NCBI GenBank assembly: GCA_028534125.1
Contig: CM052817.1
Location: 74,278,001-74,342,000 of the forward strand
Origin: Lama glama
Taxonomy: Eukaryota
Direction: 5' to 3'
Length of the DNA: 64,000 bases
Positions 62,778-64,000 of the stretch are shown here, piece after piece; positions within the stretch are counted from its first letter, which is position 1; the number at the start of each line of letters is the position of its first letter. The translations under genes and the position numbers were made by a program. Under the pieces are notes generated by a model. The model did no database searches. It was not told where the DNA came from and saw nothing but the letters and a program-made list of their open reading frames with translations.

Positions 62778-63209
62778 TGTATTAGTTATTTATGACTGTG
62801 TAACAAATCATCCCTAACCCCTCACAGCTTAAAACAAAGTGTTTACTATCTGACAAAGTTTCTGAGATCTGGAATTCAGAAGCACCTTAGCTAGGTGGTT
62901 CTGGCTCAGGGCTTCTCACCAGGTTGCAGACAAAGTGTCTGAAGGTTTGACTGGGCTGGAGCATCTGCTTCCCAGAAGGATCTATCTCATGACTTTTGGC
63001 AGGAGACCCCTCTGTAGGGCTGCTTGATGTAGCATCTAGCTTCTCTCAGAATTAGCAATCCAAGAGCCAGAGAGCAAGGGGCAAAGCCACCATAGCCTAT
63101 TCTTAGTGATTAAGTCCAGCCCACACTCATAGTAAGGAGAATTAGTCTTTACCCTTCAAAATGAGAAGTGTTGTCTATGAATTTGTGAACATATCTTAAA
63201 ACTACCACA
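62778..63209 (-). mobile_element. MaLR solo LTR, MLT1G/H-like
   Basis: 'tgtattagttatttatgactgtgtaacaaatcatcc...ttagctaggtggttctggctcaggg...tatcttaaaactaccaca'. Confidence 0.85.
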
Positions 63210-63329
63210 AATCATAGAATCATTAAAGCTATCTGAGTCATTCTCCTACTTTTGCAAATCAGGAAACTGAGTCCCAGAGATGTGATGGCATGCAAAAGCT
63301 CTTATCCTTCATACTTCTGCCTTATATAG

Positions 63330-63560
63330 AATTGAATCCTTTCTTTTCCTACCTGAGGTTTTTGAACATTCTGGCTTCTGGCTTTTGTTGATGTTCCTTC
63401 TGTCCCCTTCACTGCTTTCCATCTCATAAATAAATATTAATAGATGCTTACCTATAAATTCTTCATAAGTAAGGAACACTTATTACTCACATTTTTATCC
63501 CTAATGCCTGGCACAGAGCCTGACACATAGTAGAAACTCAAATGTGTATCAATTTGTACT
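63330..63560 (+). mobile_element. L2 3' end fragment
   Basis: 'tttatccctaatgcctggcacagagcctgacacatagtagaaactcaaatg'. Confidence 0.75.
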
Positions 63561-64000
63561 AAGCTGGTTAATATTTGCTCACCTTCCACTGGCATGCCAT
63601 TTAAGTTGCTGTGCTATTGTTTGAAGTCTTAGGTTTAAAATAGCCAGAGGATATTTCTCAATTCCATTTTACAGTCCTTAAGTAAAGGATGTGTACATTT
63701 GATCATGGCAATGTTGAGGCAGACTGCAGCAATAGTTGAGAAAAATGTTCCTTGCCTGCCATTATTCTGCTAATTCTGTAGTAGGAGATGAAAAGGTATC
63801 TTTGTGAAAGGGAATGAAAATATGTAATGGGTTCATTAATGGCTATAGAATTTAAACTGGTAACACTAAATAGAATCTGATTATCTGAAAGATGGGATCA
63901 GCTACTTCTCAGATGTCAGGCTTTGCTAACAGCTAGTGTAAACACCACCATAACAGTAACTCGATCAGGGTACAAATTTTATTCAACAAATGAATATGAA

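Noticed and set aside
1..64000. CRISPR arrays, operons, tRNA/rRNA genes, CpG island, processed pseudogene, or a novel multi-gene system
   Set aside because: I saw no regularly spaced repeat-spacer array, long ORF, structured RNA gene signature, CpG-rich segment or decayed mRNA copy. Short real exons of a large host gene could still be missed by eye.

Overview
This is AT-rich, CpG-depleted eutherian genomic DNA, either intronic or intergenic. I can support no protein-coding gene, tRNA, rRNA, CRISPR array or CpG island. The ORFs in the track are short and either fall in repeats or microsatellites or look like chance. Much of the window is a layered record of transposons: L2, MIR, probable L3/CR1, several old L1M pieces, MaLR/ERVL solo LTRs (MLT1, MLT2, LTR16-like, MER21-like) and a MER53 hAT MITE. 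One young 5'-truncated L1 has a 3' UTR resembling camelid L1, and I saw no Alu, B1/B2, Bov-tA/BovB, PRE-1 or SINEC element, so a camelid origin is plausible but inferred. The best-supported notable observation is that this L1 carries a ~36-bp non-L1 segment with its own AATAAA and A-tail inside a perfect 14-bp target-site duplication (TSD), the signature of an L1 3' transduction. Other items are nested LTRs with perfect TSDs, a perfect 15-bp hairpin, a CTCF-like motif and a few splice-site-bounded candidate exons. I found no convincing previously undescribed biological system. Repeat families were assigned by eye from remembered consensus sequences. Boundaries are approximate unless a TSD is given.
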